Below, one piece after another: positions 42,086 through 51,321 of a stretch of DNA of 64,000 nt. The translations under genes were made by a program, and so were the position numbers. Source of the DNA: an uncultured Planctomycetaceae bacterium. GTDB lineage: Bacteria; Planctomycetota; Planctomycetia; Isosphaerales; Isosphaeraceae. The DNA is taken from the NCBI GenBank assembly GCA_963833985.1, contig CAWIAD010000002.1, positions 1,216,001-1,280,000 of the forward strand, in the 5' to 3' direction. Position 1 is the stretch's first letter; each line of letters begins with the position of its first letter. The notes under the pieces were generated by a model. The model had not been told where the DNA came from. It did not search any database and saw only the letters and a program-made list of their open reading frames with translations.

Positions 42086-42714
42086 ACCGGACGATGCTTG
42101 CGCTCATGGCCCACCCGGACGATGCCGAGCTGTGCATGGGGGGGACAATCGCCCGCTACGCGCACGCCGGGTTCCGGGCCGAGATCGTGATCTCGTCGCT
42201 GCCGGACTTCCCGGACGTCCGTCGTGCCGAGGCTGCTCAGGGGGCTGCGGTCCTCGGCGCAGGTGTCCGCATCCTCGCTCCGCCCTCGAAACGCGAGACC
42301 TGGCAGGTCGAGGACTTTCCGGTGTACCGGCTGGTGGCGGCCTTCGACGCGATCCTGGAGGAGCTCCAGCCGTCCCTCGTATTCACGCACTGGCCCAAAG
42401 ACACGCACTTCGATCATGTTCGAGTGAGCCAGGCAGCCTTCTCGGCCACACGGAGGCACAGGGTCGACCTGTACCTGTGCGAGCAACCCAACCTCTACGC
42501 GGCCACCGTGGAGCCGATGAAGTTGAATACGTATGTGGACGTATCCCAGTTCATGGATAAGAGACTGGACAGCATCGCCTGCCACCGGTCGCAGACACAG
42601 GGGAAGACCTATTCGGAGCACGTCCGTGCCCGCACCCGGTTCCACGGGGAACGGACCGGCTGCCAGTATGCGGAGGCCTTCTGCTGCGCAATCCAGCGGC
42701 TGAGGATTGATTGA
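42082..42714 (+). CDS. PIG-L/LmbE family N-deacetylase
   Basis: AHPDDAE and DTHFDH zinc motifs, HRSQ, YAEAF; ATGA coupling to the upstream gene. Confidence 0.92.
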   Translation: MNRTMLALMAHPDDAELCMGGTIARYAHAGFRAEIVISSLPDFPDVRRAEAAQGAAVLGAGVRILAPPSKRETWQVEDFPVYRLVAAFDAILEELQPSLVFTHWPKDTHFDHVRVSQAAFSATRRHRVDLYLCEQPNLYAATVEPMKLNTYVDVSQFMDKRLDSIACHRSQTQGKTYSEHVRARTRFHGERTGCQYAEAFCCAIQRLRID

Positions 42715-42716
42715 GC

Positions 42717-43574
42717 ATGGGGCATTCCAGTCCTGTTGGGTTCTCGACAACGGTCATCGGGCGTTCGACCGACCTCAGCCGTCTGCTGGAGCTCGAACCC
42801 GACATCATCGAGCTGTGCGGCTATTCCGCCGCGCAGTGGCCCTCAGTGCGGGCGCAAATCGAGCGGTTGGGCATTCCCGTAGGGCTCCACTGTCCTTTGC
42901 CGTTCGAAGGATTCGTCCCCCACTTCGATATCACGGGACCAGACTCTGCGCGACAGGAAGAGGCTTTTGCGCTGGTCCGCCAGACACTTCGAGCTGCTTG
43001 CGAAGTGCAGGCCCGGTACGTCATTGTCCATTTCCCGAGCGTGCTCCGTGAGATTCTCGACGAGGATGACGCTCTCGAATCTCGTCGTGCTGCGGCGCTG
43101 TGCAGCGCACGGCGGATCGCGGAGCTCAGCCAGCAATACGGGGTGGCGATCCTGCTGGAGAACGTCGGCCCCAATCCTTATCTCTATCTCGGCGAGCACT
43201 TCACCTGGTTGTTCGGCCAGGTTCCCGAGCTGAGGATGTGCCTCGATTTCGGCCACTCCCATGTCCTGCCGGGAGCCGAGGACGTGTATCGATTTGCCGA
43301 GCAGGTCGCACCATTCGTCTCCGGGCTCCACGTCTACAATGCGACCCGGGCGGGCTATCGGGTCGGTTTCCACGAGGCACCGCTGGCTGAGCACGATCCC
43401 GACGAAGGCTGGATGGACCTGTCCAGGCTGCTCGCCGTGATGGCGAAGAGAGCCACGATTCCTTATTTCATTTTTGAGTACTCCGAAGATAGTGGACAGG
43501 ATGTGGAAGCCGTCCGGCGCGGCGTGCAACACTGGACCGCGACCTGGAGGAGTCTATGCCGCGAGGAGGGTTAA
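42717..43574 (+). CDS. Sugar phosphate isomerase/epimerase (xylose-isomerase-like TIM barrel)
   Basis: GLHCP, IVHFP, LLENV, CLDFGH, LHVYN, IFE metal-ligand pattern. Confidence 0.8.
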   Translation: MGHSSPVGFSTTVIGRSTDLSRLLELEPDIIELCGYSAAQWPSVRAQIERLGIPVGLHCPLPFEGFVPHFDITGPDSARQEEAFALVRQTLRAACEVQARYVIVHFPSVLREILDEDDALESRRAAALCSARRIAELSQQYGVAILLENVGPNPYLYLGEHFTWLFGQVPELRMCLDFGHSHVLPGAEDVYRFAEQVAPFVSGLHVYNATRAGYRVGFHEAPLAEHDPDEGWMDLSRLLAVMAKRATIPYFIFEYSEDSGQDVEAVRRGVQHWTATWRSLCREEG

Positions 43575-44707
43575 GAGGCTGGCTCCGTGGGCAACGGCTC
43601 CGTGCGCGGGGGGCGTCGCTCGGGGCGGGAACTTACGTCAGCCAGGGAGTGCGGATCAGCGCCCCGGACATCCGGATCGGGGCCGGCGGTTTCCTCGCCC
43701 CGGGCGTCGAGATCCAGGCGGATCGTGTCGTGATCGGCGACCGCTGTCACGTTGCGGAGGGGGTTTCACTTCGCGCAGAGCGCATCGAGATCGGCGAGAA
43801 TTGCATCCTGTTTCCGGGCGTTCGCATTCAGACGCTCGGCGAATTCCGCATGGGCCCGTACGGGAAGATCAGCCGTGGCGCGACGATCAAGGGGGGAAGC
43901 GTCCGGATCGGGTCCGAATTCTGGATGAACGCCGGCGCCGAGATTGGCGGCGGGGGATGGCGCAGTCGGACAGGTTGTTTCGAGGCGGGGGACCGCTGTC
44001 ACGTGGGCCGGTTGACTCACATCAATGTGACCGAGCCGGTCGTCTTCGGCGACGATACGGCGGTGGGCATGCACTGTATCCTGGCAACACATGCGCACTG
44101 GCAACCCGCAACGCAGGGCTATCCGCGGCTGCGCGGGGCCATCCGGCTGGGGTCAGACGTGGCGATCTATTCGGGAGTGATCATATCTCCGGGCGTCACC
44201 GTGGGTCACGGCGCGGTAATCGCGGCGGGCGCGGTCGTTCAGACGGACGTACCGGATCTGTCCCTGGCGGCGGGAGTGCCGGCACGAATCGTCCGTGAGC
44301 ACTTTCCCCGCGGTGGGGGAGCGCCTGTCGCCCTGGCACTGCTCTGCGAGTACATGGAAACGCGCTTCCCGGGTGTATCGTACCACTCGAAGGCCGGGCG
44401 TTTCATCGCCCAGCCCGCCACCGGAGCCCAGTGCATTCTGTATGACGACGATGAGAGTGCGATGGACCACGAGTCACGGCCCGGGTCGCTGATCGTCGTC
44501 ACGCTGAACCGGGCTGTTGCGGACGCGGCACAATCCGGAGCCGAGACCGTCTTCAACCTCGGTGATCGCGAGTTGACGGGCCGCTCCACGGAATTGAGCG
44601 AGTCGCTGCGTCAGTTCTTTTTCAGCGCGGGCCTGCGCTTCAAGTACCGAGGATACCAGCGCGGACCGCTGGACTACGCGCAACTGATCGAGTCCGGAAT
44701 CGAGTGA
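43556..44707 (+). CDS. Hexapeptide-repeat (left-handed beta-helix) acyltransferase
   Basis: Many [IV]G..[CV].[IV] repeats; ISPGVTVGHGAVIAAGAVV..DVP...AAGVPARIVR. Confidence 0.88.
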   Translation: MPRGGLRGWLRGQRLRARGASLGAGTYVSQGVRISAPDIRIGAGGFLAPGVEIQADRVVIGDRCHVAEGVSLRAERIEIGENCILFPGVRIQTLGEFRMGPYGKISRGATIKGGSVRIGSEFWMNAGAEIGGGGWRSRTGCFEAGDRCHVGRLTHINVTEPVVFGDDTAVGMHCILATHAHWQPATQGYPRLRGAIRLGSDVAIYSGVIISPGVTVGHGAVIAAGAVVQTDVPDLSLAAGVPARIVREHFPRGGGAPVALALLCEYMETRFPGVSYHSKAGRFIAQPATGAQCILYDDDESAMDHESRPGSLIVVTLNRAVADAAQSGAETVFNLGDRELTGRSTELSESLRQFFFSAGLRFKYRGYQRGPLDYAQLIESGIE

Positions 44708-44779
44708 CTGGAAGGAGCAGCATGGCATGCCCTGGATACGCCCACCGAGTTGCGGGGTGGGTCCGCCTGGCCGTACCCG

Positions 44780-47224
44780 TCACCAATCCCGGACCAGTCC
44801 TCCCACCTCACGCTCGAGGCGCCCCACGAGCTCCCGAACGGACTGGTTCACCTCCTCCATGGAGAGGGTTCGGTCGCTGGCCTGGTACAGCAGCCGATAG
44901 GTCATGCTCCGCTTGCCCGGAGGGATTGGCGCACCCCGATATTCCGTCACGAAATCGACCGACGCGATCCAGTCAGAGTGAGCCGCGCTGAGCAGGCGAT
45001 CCAGCGCCTCGTGCGTGACGGCCTCGTCAACCGTGATGGAGATGTCGATCGGGACGCCCGGGTGTCGATGGATGGGACGGAAGACCTCGGGCGTCGGGGT
45101 CAGTTGCTGGAGCACGTCGAGATTGAACTCCGCCAGCGCCAGGTGCGGGCCGCAGCCGAGCGCGTCGGCGATTCTGGGGTGGAGCGTCCCGCACACGCCG
45201 ACGGGCGCGCCTGCCGCATCAACGAACTCGGCCGAGCGTCCGGGATGGAACCACGGGGCAAGCTGTCGCTCGGGATGACGAGGCCGGATCTCCAGGTTAA
45301 GCCTGCGAAACAGTGCCTGGGTGTGCCCTTTCAGGATGGACATCGCCTCCCGGTGCCAGCCCGAGTCGCTTGCGGGTTCAAGTCCTCCGCCTCCGGACGG
45401 ATCGCCGCCTTTCGCATGCTTCCAGTAGACCAGTCCCAGGTGGAAGGGCTGATCCGGCAGACCCTTGGCGGGATGAAAGGTTCGGCCCACCTCGTAAAGC
45501 GAAAGCTCTCGCGTGTAAGGAAGACTGCGCTGAAGCAAGCGGAGCAGGCCAGGTACGAGGTAAGCCCTGAGATGGGTGTTCTCCGCGCTGATCGGGTTGC
45601 GGAGCGACACTCGCGCCCAGGTGCAAGGACCCAGTATCTTCAGAAACGGCTCGAAATCGAAGGAATAGGTCCGCGCCTCGGTGTATCGCAGGGCCAGAGA
45701 GAGCAGTGTGCGAACGCGCTTCTGGAAGACCAGGACAGGGTCGCGGTAGGCGTTGGGCAACTGGATCTGGGGTTGTACGGGTGGGATGTTGCCGTAGCCG
45801 TGGATTCGGCCGACCTCCTCCACGATGTCTTCCGGGATGGCGATGTCCTTCGTGGCCCGGAAGCTTGGTACCCGGATGCGCAACGTGTCGCCCTCGAGTT
45901 CGCGAATTTCGAACTCCAGACGACGCAGGTCGGAGACGATCGCCTCCGCGGGAATCGCAGTGCCCAGCCGCTCATTGATGAAGGAGACGGATACGTCGAT
46001 CTCGACTGATGGCGTTGGGCCCGACTGGAAGTCGGTAAGGGAAGAGGCGACGCGCGCGCCGGGCAACAAATCGATCAGCAACTGCGCACACCGTTGCGCT
46101 GCGAGCGGAGGAAGAGTCGGGTCCACTGCCCTTTCGAACCGGGCGCTGGCCTCGGTGCGCAGGCCGAGGCGAGACGCCGTCTTGCGTATCGAGGCCGGAT
46201 CGAACGTGGCCGCCTCGATGAGAATGCTGCTGGTATCAGCGCGCACTTCGCTGTTTTTCAGGCCGCTCACCCCAGCGAGCGCGACCGGCCCTTCGGCATC
46301 GCAGATCAGCAGATCGTCGCTGCCGATCTGGTACTCCTGGCCGTCGAGGCCGACCACCGTCTCGCCGGCGGGCTGTCCCGTTTGCACGACGATGCGGCGA
46401 CCGTGAATCTCGCGTGAATCGAAGGCGTGCAGCGGGTTGCCCAGATCGAGCATCACAAAATTCGTGACATCGACAAGCAGGTTGATCGGCCTGAGCCCGC
46501 AGCGTGACAGCAGCGTCTGCATCCACAGGGGCGAGGGCACCGGCCTGACCCCCTCGACACGCAACGCGACGTAGCGAGCACAGCGCTCGGGTGCCCGCAC
46601 GTCGACGGCCACGGCAGGCGTTGTGCCGAGAGACAGTTCCACGGGAGGGATACGGAAGGGTCGCCTCAACAAGGCTGCCACCTCGTGCGCCAGGCCGGCG
46701 TGGCCCCACAGGTCGGGCCGGTGGGTGATTGACTTGTTGTCGAGCTCGAAGATGGTGTCCACCAGCGGGAGAACCCGGTCCAGAGGCGTCCCCGGCGCCA
46801 GCTCATCGGGCAGCACGCAGATGCCTGTCTGGTTGTCCGTCAAGGTGAGCTCGGCCGGCGAGCAGAGCATTCCATCGCTCGATGTGCCACGAATGCTCGC
46901 GCTCTTGACCGTGGCGCCGCCCAGACGCGTCCCGGGTGGAGCGAGCGCACTCTTCATGCCCTGCCGCACGTTCGGTGCGCCGCAGACGACCTGGCGCGGG
47001 GATCCTGATCCGTCGGACACAATGCAGATCGAAAGGTGGTCGGAGTCGGGGTGGGGCTGCACGCTGATCACTTCGGCGACGACGACGCCCTCAAGGCCGG
47101 CCCCGAATACGTGAAACCCTTCCAGTTCGGCCACGGAGCTTGTGAATCGGCGTGCCAGGTCCTCCCGATCAACACCGTTCAAATCGACATAACGTCTCAA
47201 CCAGTGAAATGAAAACTTCATCAT
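44780..47224 (-). CDS. pheT: Phenylalanine--tRNA ligase beta subunit
   Basis: MKFSFHWLRRYV, QVVCGAPNV, GMLCS, DVTNFVMLDLGNPLHAFD, RTEASARFE, EDIVEEVGRIHGY; C-terminal FDX-ACB domain (DRTLS). Confidence 0.95.
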   Translation of the reverse strand: MMKFSFHWLRRYVDLNGVDREDLARRFTSSVAELEGFHVFGAGLEGVVVAEVISVQPHPDSDHLSICIVSDGSGSPRQVVCGAPNVRQGMKSALAPPGTRLGGATVKSASIRGTSSDGMLCSPAELTLTDNQTGICVLPDELAPGTPLDRVLPLVDTIFELDNKSITHRPDLWGHAGLAHEVAALLRRPFRIPPVELSLGTTPAVAVDVRAPERCARYVALRVEGVRPVPSPLWMQTLLSRCGLRPINLLVDVTNFVMLDLGNPLHAFDSREIHGRRIVVQTGQPAGETVVGLDGQEYQIGSDDLLICDAEGPVALAGVSGLKNSEVRADTSSILIEAATFDPASIRKTASRLGLRTEASARFERAVDPTLPPLAAQRCAQLLIDLLPGARVASSLTDFQSGPTPSVEIDVSVSFINERLGTAIPAEAIVSDLRRLEFEIRELEGDTLRIRVPSFRATKDIAIPEDIVEEVGRIHGYGNIPPVQPQIQLPNAYRDPVLVFQKRVRTLLSLALRYTEARTYSFDFEPFLKILGPCTWARVSLRNPISAENTHLRAYLVPGLLRLLQRSLPYTRELSLYEVGRTFHPAKGLPDQPFHLGLVYWKHAKGGDPSGGGGLEPASDSGWHREAMSILKGHTQALFRRLNLEIRPRHPERQLAPWFHPGRSAEFVDAAGAPVGVCGTLHPRIADALGCGPHLALAEFNLDVLQQLTPTPEVFRPIHRHPGVPIDISITVDEAVTHEALDRLLSAAHSDWIASVDFVTEYRGAPIPPGKRSMTYRLLYQASDRTLSMEEVNQSVRELVGRLEREVGGLVRDW

Positions 47225-47332
47225 GTCCTCGGATTAGTGGACCTGCTGGCAGGCACATGCTGCGCCATCCGGAATGCGTGGGGCTTCCTCCCGGAGCCGC
47301 ATCGACGACCCGGGGGCGCGCTGGCTCCCCGC

Positions 47333-48387
47333 TCACTCCAGGCCCAGGCCCAAGAATTGCTTGAGGAAGCGGATGTCCCCGTCGAGAAACAAGCGGATAT
47401 CCGGGATCTTGTAGCGCATCATTGCGAGACGGGACAGCCCGAGCCCGAACGCCCAACCCTGCCATTGCTCGGGGTCGAGGCCGCCGGCACGGATGACGTT
47501 GGGGTGGACCAGTCCGCACGGGAGCAATTCCACCCAGCCCGACATCTTGCAGACCGAGCATCCCGCCTGGCCGCACACCAGGCAGCCAATATCCAGCTCG
47601 AAGCCGGGCTCGACGAAGGGGAAGAAGCCTGGGCGAAGCCGGATGGCCACCCTGGCGGCGAACACTTCCGAGAGCAGGCTGGTCATCGAAGCAATCAGGT
47701 TCGCCACCGTGGCCCGTCGATCGATGAAGAGGCCTTCCACCTGGAAGAAGGTGTGCTCGTGCGAGGCGTCAACGGCCTCGTGCCGGAACACCCGCCCCGG
47801 GAAGATGGCTCGGAACGGCGGAGTAAAAGTGCGCATGGCCCGGACCTGGCCGGCGCTCGTATGGGTCCGGAGCAGGTTGCCATCCTCCAGCCAGAACGTA
47901 TCTTGCATGTCTCGGGCGGGGTGATCGGGGGGAATGTTCAAAGCATCGAAATTGTAATATTCCGATTCGGCCTCCGGATAATCGAGTACGTAGAACCCCA
48001 TCGACTGGAAGATCTCCTGGAGGCGCCACTCCATGAGGCTGATCGGATGGAATGTTCCAGTATTGACCGGGGTGCCAGGGAGCGTGGCGTCGAAGTCGTC
48101 CGCGACGAGCTCGGCCTGGAGCCGAGCTTCCGCAAGCTCGGCCTTGCGCCGGCCGGCCAGGCCTTCGACTTCCCGAACCGCGTTGTTCAAGGCGCTGCCA
48201 AAGACCTGCGCTGCTCGGGGGAGAGGGTTACGATCTTCTGGAACAGGGCACGCAGCAGTCCTTTCTTGCCGGTGTACCGGCGCTCGGCGGCCTCGAGCGC
48301 CGTCAGGTCCGCCGCGCGCGTGATGGCATCTCGGGCCTCTTCCTCGAGACTCTTCAACACTTCGTCCGCAGGCTGATTTTCGCTCAT
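47333..48387 (-). CDS. pheS: Phenylalanine--tRNA ligase alpha subunit (1-nt frameshift near 48205)
   Basis: N-terminal coiled coil MSENQ...YTGKKG in one frame; NFDALNIPPDHPARDMQDTF, LRTHTS, PGRVFR, FFPFVEP, WAFGLG in the next. Confidence 0.93.
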
Positions 48388-48616
48388 ATCTGGATGGCTC
48401 ACGGGAGCTCTCGGCGAAGCACTCGCGCAGGGCGCAAATGGACCGCTCGAGCATGGCCGGTTCCGCACAGGGCTCGAACGCTTTCCCGATGGTCTGACGT
48501 AACTCGTGACTGGATCGGCGAATTCGCACGCGTCGAACCGGTCGGAACGCAATCAGTCTAACCGATGCCCGGGAGGAGAAGTCAACGGCAGACTAACCCG
48601 AAGGCCGGTCCGGAGA

Positions 48617-48970
48617 TCAGGCGGCAGTCCCGGTCAGAGGGAGCCCGGTAAGGCTCCAGTGAGGAAGCCCACCCTGAAGGTAATTGATGCGAGTGACCCC
48701 ATGCCGCTGGAGCTCGTGGCAGGCGGCGAACTCCTCCTCCTCATTGTCGCCGACGACCAGGTAGTGCAGCCCCCGAGGGAGCGTGGGAAGCATTGCCGGC
48801 AATGACTCCAGGGGAACATTCCGCGCACCCTCGATGTGCCCCAGGGCGTACGCGGCTGGATGTCGGATGTCCAGAAGTTCGAGAGTGGGAGTACCCCGGA
48901 GGGAGTGATAGGCCTCGGTCGGTGTCAGGTCTCTCCATTCCCGGTTAAGTCCTCGGGGGCCCGGCGGCAA
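48617..48970 (-). CDS. Rhodanese-like domain (probably the C-terminal domain of the upstream decarboxylase)
   Basis: LLDIR..AAYALGHIEGARNVP and YLQGGLPHW; frame stays open upstream to ~49130. Confidence 0.75.
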   Translation of the reverse strand: MPPGPRGLNREWRDLTPTEAYHSLRGTPTLELLDIRHPAAYALGHIEGARNVPLESLPAMLPTLPRGLHYLVVGDNEEEEFAACHELQRHGVTRINYLQGGLPHWSLTGLPLTGTAA

Positions 48971-49007
48971 CGCTTCCTCCAGGCTGTCTGTCCTTGCCGG
49001 ATTGCCC

Positions 49008-50366
49008 TCAACCCTCGCTGGCGCCTGGCACGGGAATGCGAGCGTGATCCGCTCCTCCTCCCGCGTCTCGACGGCGCGAGGTGGAAACGAGCTGACGTCC
49101 GTCGTACGAAAGACCCCGCCGTCGAGGCTCGACGAGAATTTCTCTGGGCGGAGTCTGGTTGATGAAGTAGATCGGGCTACCTGTCAAACCGTAGGCACCG
49201 GAGCAGCAGACCGCCAGGAGATCCCCGACTTCCAGGGAAGGCAGCATGGCCTTGCGGGCAAAGGTATCGTGAGGAGTGCAAAGTGGTCCCGCCAGGCAAT
49301 ACGGTCGCTCTGCTCCGGCAGGCTTTGCGCCGGAGACCCTGATGATCTCATAAGGCTCGCCGAGAAGTCCGAGATGCCGGCATGCGCCGAGATTGTGATG
49401 CATACCGCCGTCACAGATCGCAATCTCGTCTCCTCCAGATGATTTGAGGTAGAGCACTCGCGTCAGATAACAACCGGCCTCGCCAGCAAGATAGCGGCCG
49501 GTCTCCAGCACGAACCGCGTCTCCTCGAAGCCAGCGCTTCCACGCAGTTCCACGAGCATGGGGCGGAGGCGCCGGGCGAGCGCTGGAAGGTCAACGGGCT
49601 CGGCCGCCACGGTATAGGGGATACCCAGGCCAGCACCGAGCACGAGCAGCTCAGGCCGGAGCCTGAACCTGGAAACGGCGGGAACGCATGCCCGCAGGAA
49701 CCGTCCCATGTTCTCGGCAATCTGGCCGGCATCACAAAACTGTCCACCTTGATACGTGTGAAAACCACGTAAACAAAGGCGGGGAAGGCGAGCAATCTGT
49801 TCCAGGGCGTCGTGGAAGCAGCTCTCGGCAATCCCGAACTTGTCGGGGATTCGGAGTGCCTGCTCGCTCGCAGGGGGCGCTGGCCTGGCGAGGGCCAGGC
49901 GAACCAGCACGGACTGCGGACTCTCGCCGTGCCCCGCCGGGACGTGGTGATGCAATCGTTCGGCCTCCTCCACGGATTCCAGCACAACGTAGCCGATCCG
50001 CTGACTGGCCGCGGCCCGCAGTTCCTTGTCGGTCTTGCCGGGACCTGTGAAGCTGAGTTGCTCGGCGGACCAGCCGGCCGCCGTGGCGAGAGAGATCTCT
50101 CCTGCGGACGACACATCCAGCAGCTCGGCGTGCCCACGGAGCCTGCTCAGGAGCGCGGGGTTGGGATTACTCTTGACGGCGTAGCTGATGTCCAGAATGT
50201 CGTCGAACGCGCGGCGCAGCATGCGAATGCGGTCGTGGATCTGATCCATGAAGTAGACGTAGCAGGGCGTCTCGTACCGCTCGGCGATTGCGCCCAGCAG
50301 CGGGTGCAAGAGGGCCGCGGCATCCGTGCCCGCAAGCTGGGGTAAGTTGATCCGCTTCATCTGCAT
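49008..50366 (-). CDS. Fold-type III PLP-dependent decarboxylase (diaminopimelate decarboxylase-like)
   Basis: TPCYVY, SYAVKSNP (PLP Lys), DVSSAGE, FTGPGK, KFGI, ETGRYL, AGPLCTPHD, GAYGLT. Confidence 0.9.
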   Translation of the reverse strand: MQMKRINLPQLAGTDAAALLHPLLGAIAERYETPCYVYFMDQIHDRIRMLRRAFDDILDISYAVKSNPNPALLSRLRGHAELLDVSSAGEISLATAAGWSAEQLSFTGPGKTDKELRAAASQRIGYVVLESVEEAERLHHHVPAGHGESPQSVLVRLALARPAPPASEQALRIPDKFGIAESCFHDALEQIARLPRLCLRGFHTYQGGQFCDAGQIAENMGRFLRACVPAVSRFRLRPELLVLGAGLGIPYTVAAEPVDLPALARRLRPMLVELRGSAGFEETRFVLETGRYLAGEAGCYLTRVLYLKSSGGDEIAICDGGMHHNLGACRHLGLLGEPYEIIRVSGAKPAGAERPYCLAGPLCTPHDTFARKAMLPSLEVGDLLAVCCSGAYGLTGSPIYFINQTPPREILVEPRRRGLSYDGRQLVSTSRRRDAGGGADHARIPVPGASEG

Positions 50367-50463
50367 TCCGTCAAAGGGGGACCTGCGTCATGAACTGGAA
50401 GCGGCTCGCCGCGCGCGTTCGACGGGGGGGTCTCTCGGACGCTTGAGACACGGAAGCTCATGT

Positions 50464-51321
50464 CTATGTCGGGAAGATCGGTCGGAAATGCCTGCGCAGC
50501 CAGTCGTTCGCCTGCAAGTCAATGGCCAGAGTGATGCGATCTGTCGTGCCAAAGTTCCACATATTATGATAATATATTGTATTGAAATAATAGAGCGCAC
50601 CTGGCGGAAGCTGATAGATCTTGATGGCATCCTGGTTGGCCGCTACGAACATCTGGTACCACGATTCCATCTGGGCTCGCCCCACGCCTTCCCCGGCCCA
50701 ATCCTTCGTGGTGCAGAACCGACGATCCGGGACAGTGAACTCCTCGAGCTGCGTTGCCGAGCTGACCATGAGGAAAGCCTGGTCATTGGTGACGATCGGA
50801 ATCTGAAATCGCTTGATCTCGGGGCTGAGGTCGATGTCCGCGTGCAACGTGTAGCTGGTACCTGGCGCCCGTCGCAGCAGGCGAAACGAGACGATCTCAC
50901 ACGAGAAAGCCTCGAACAGCTCCTCGAGGTACGGGCAGCCGTCAAGGCGTTCCGCAGGCGGTTCGGGAGATCCGTGACCCTCAGGGAGGACCCAGTTGTT
51001 GCCGTGCTCCCTCCCCGAGGCCGAAAGCCGACGAAACGTGAGCGGCAGGCTGTGGCCGTACCGGCCCCGGCTCCAGTCCCAGCCCGCAATCGCGTGCCGC
51101 ATGTCGGCGACCAGGCGGTCCAGGTCAAGTTTCAAGAACGTGTAAAGGTCCCCATGAGCCGCGCGGCCAGCGATCGGGCGCACGATTGCCGGGTGCAGAG
51201 TCTCGACCAAGGATACTGGTGGAACGCTTGGTTTCCCCAAAGGACCTGCTCCTCGGCTCCTTGACCGGATGATTCCTCTGATTCGATCATCATCGAAGTC
51301 GACCACTCTGTTGCAGATCAT
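50464..51321 (-). CDS. Aspartyl/asparaginyl beta-hydroxylase-family Fe(II)/2OG oxygenase
   Basis: RLL...PG....LHAD, RFQIPIVTN, YYFNT..YHN..N.G..DRITLAID; ATGA overlap with the upstream gene. Confidence 0.78.
   Translation of the reverse strand: MICNRVVDFDDDRIRGIIRSRSRGAGPLGKPSVPPVSLVETLHPAIVRPIAGRAAHGDLYTFLKLDLDRLVADMRHAIAGWDWSRGRYGHSLPLTFRRLSASGREHGNNWVLPEGHGSPEPPAERLDGCPYLEELFEAFSCEIVSFRLLRRAPGTSYTLHADIDLSPEIKRFQIPIVTNDQAFLMVSSATQLEEFTVPDRRFCTTKDWAGEGVGRAQMESWYQMFVAANQDAIKIYQLPPGALYYFNTIYYHNMWNFGTTDRITLAIDLQANDWLRRHFRPIFPT

Noticed and set aside
48195..48215. Programmed ribosomal frameshift in pheS
   Set aside because: No slippery heptamer or stimulatory structure seen; a single-base deletion error explains it, as at other sites.
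44750..48376. Plus-strand ORFs 44750-46009 and 47237-48376
   Set aside because: Antisense shadows of pheT and pheS.
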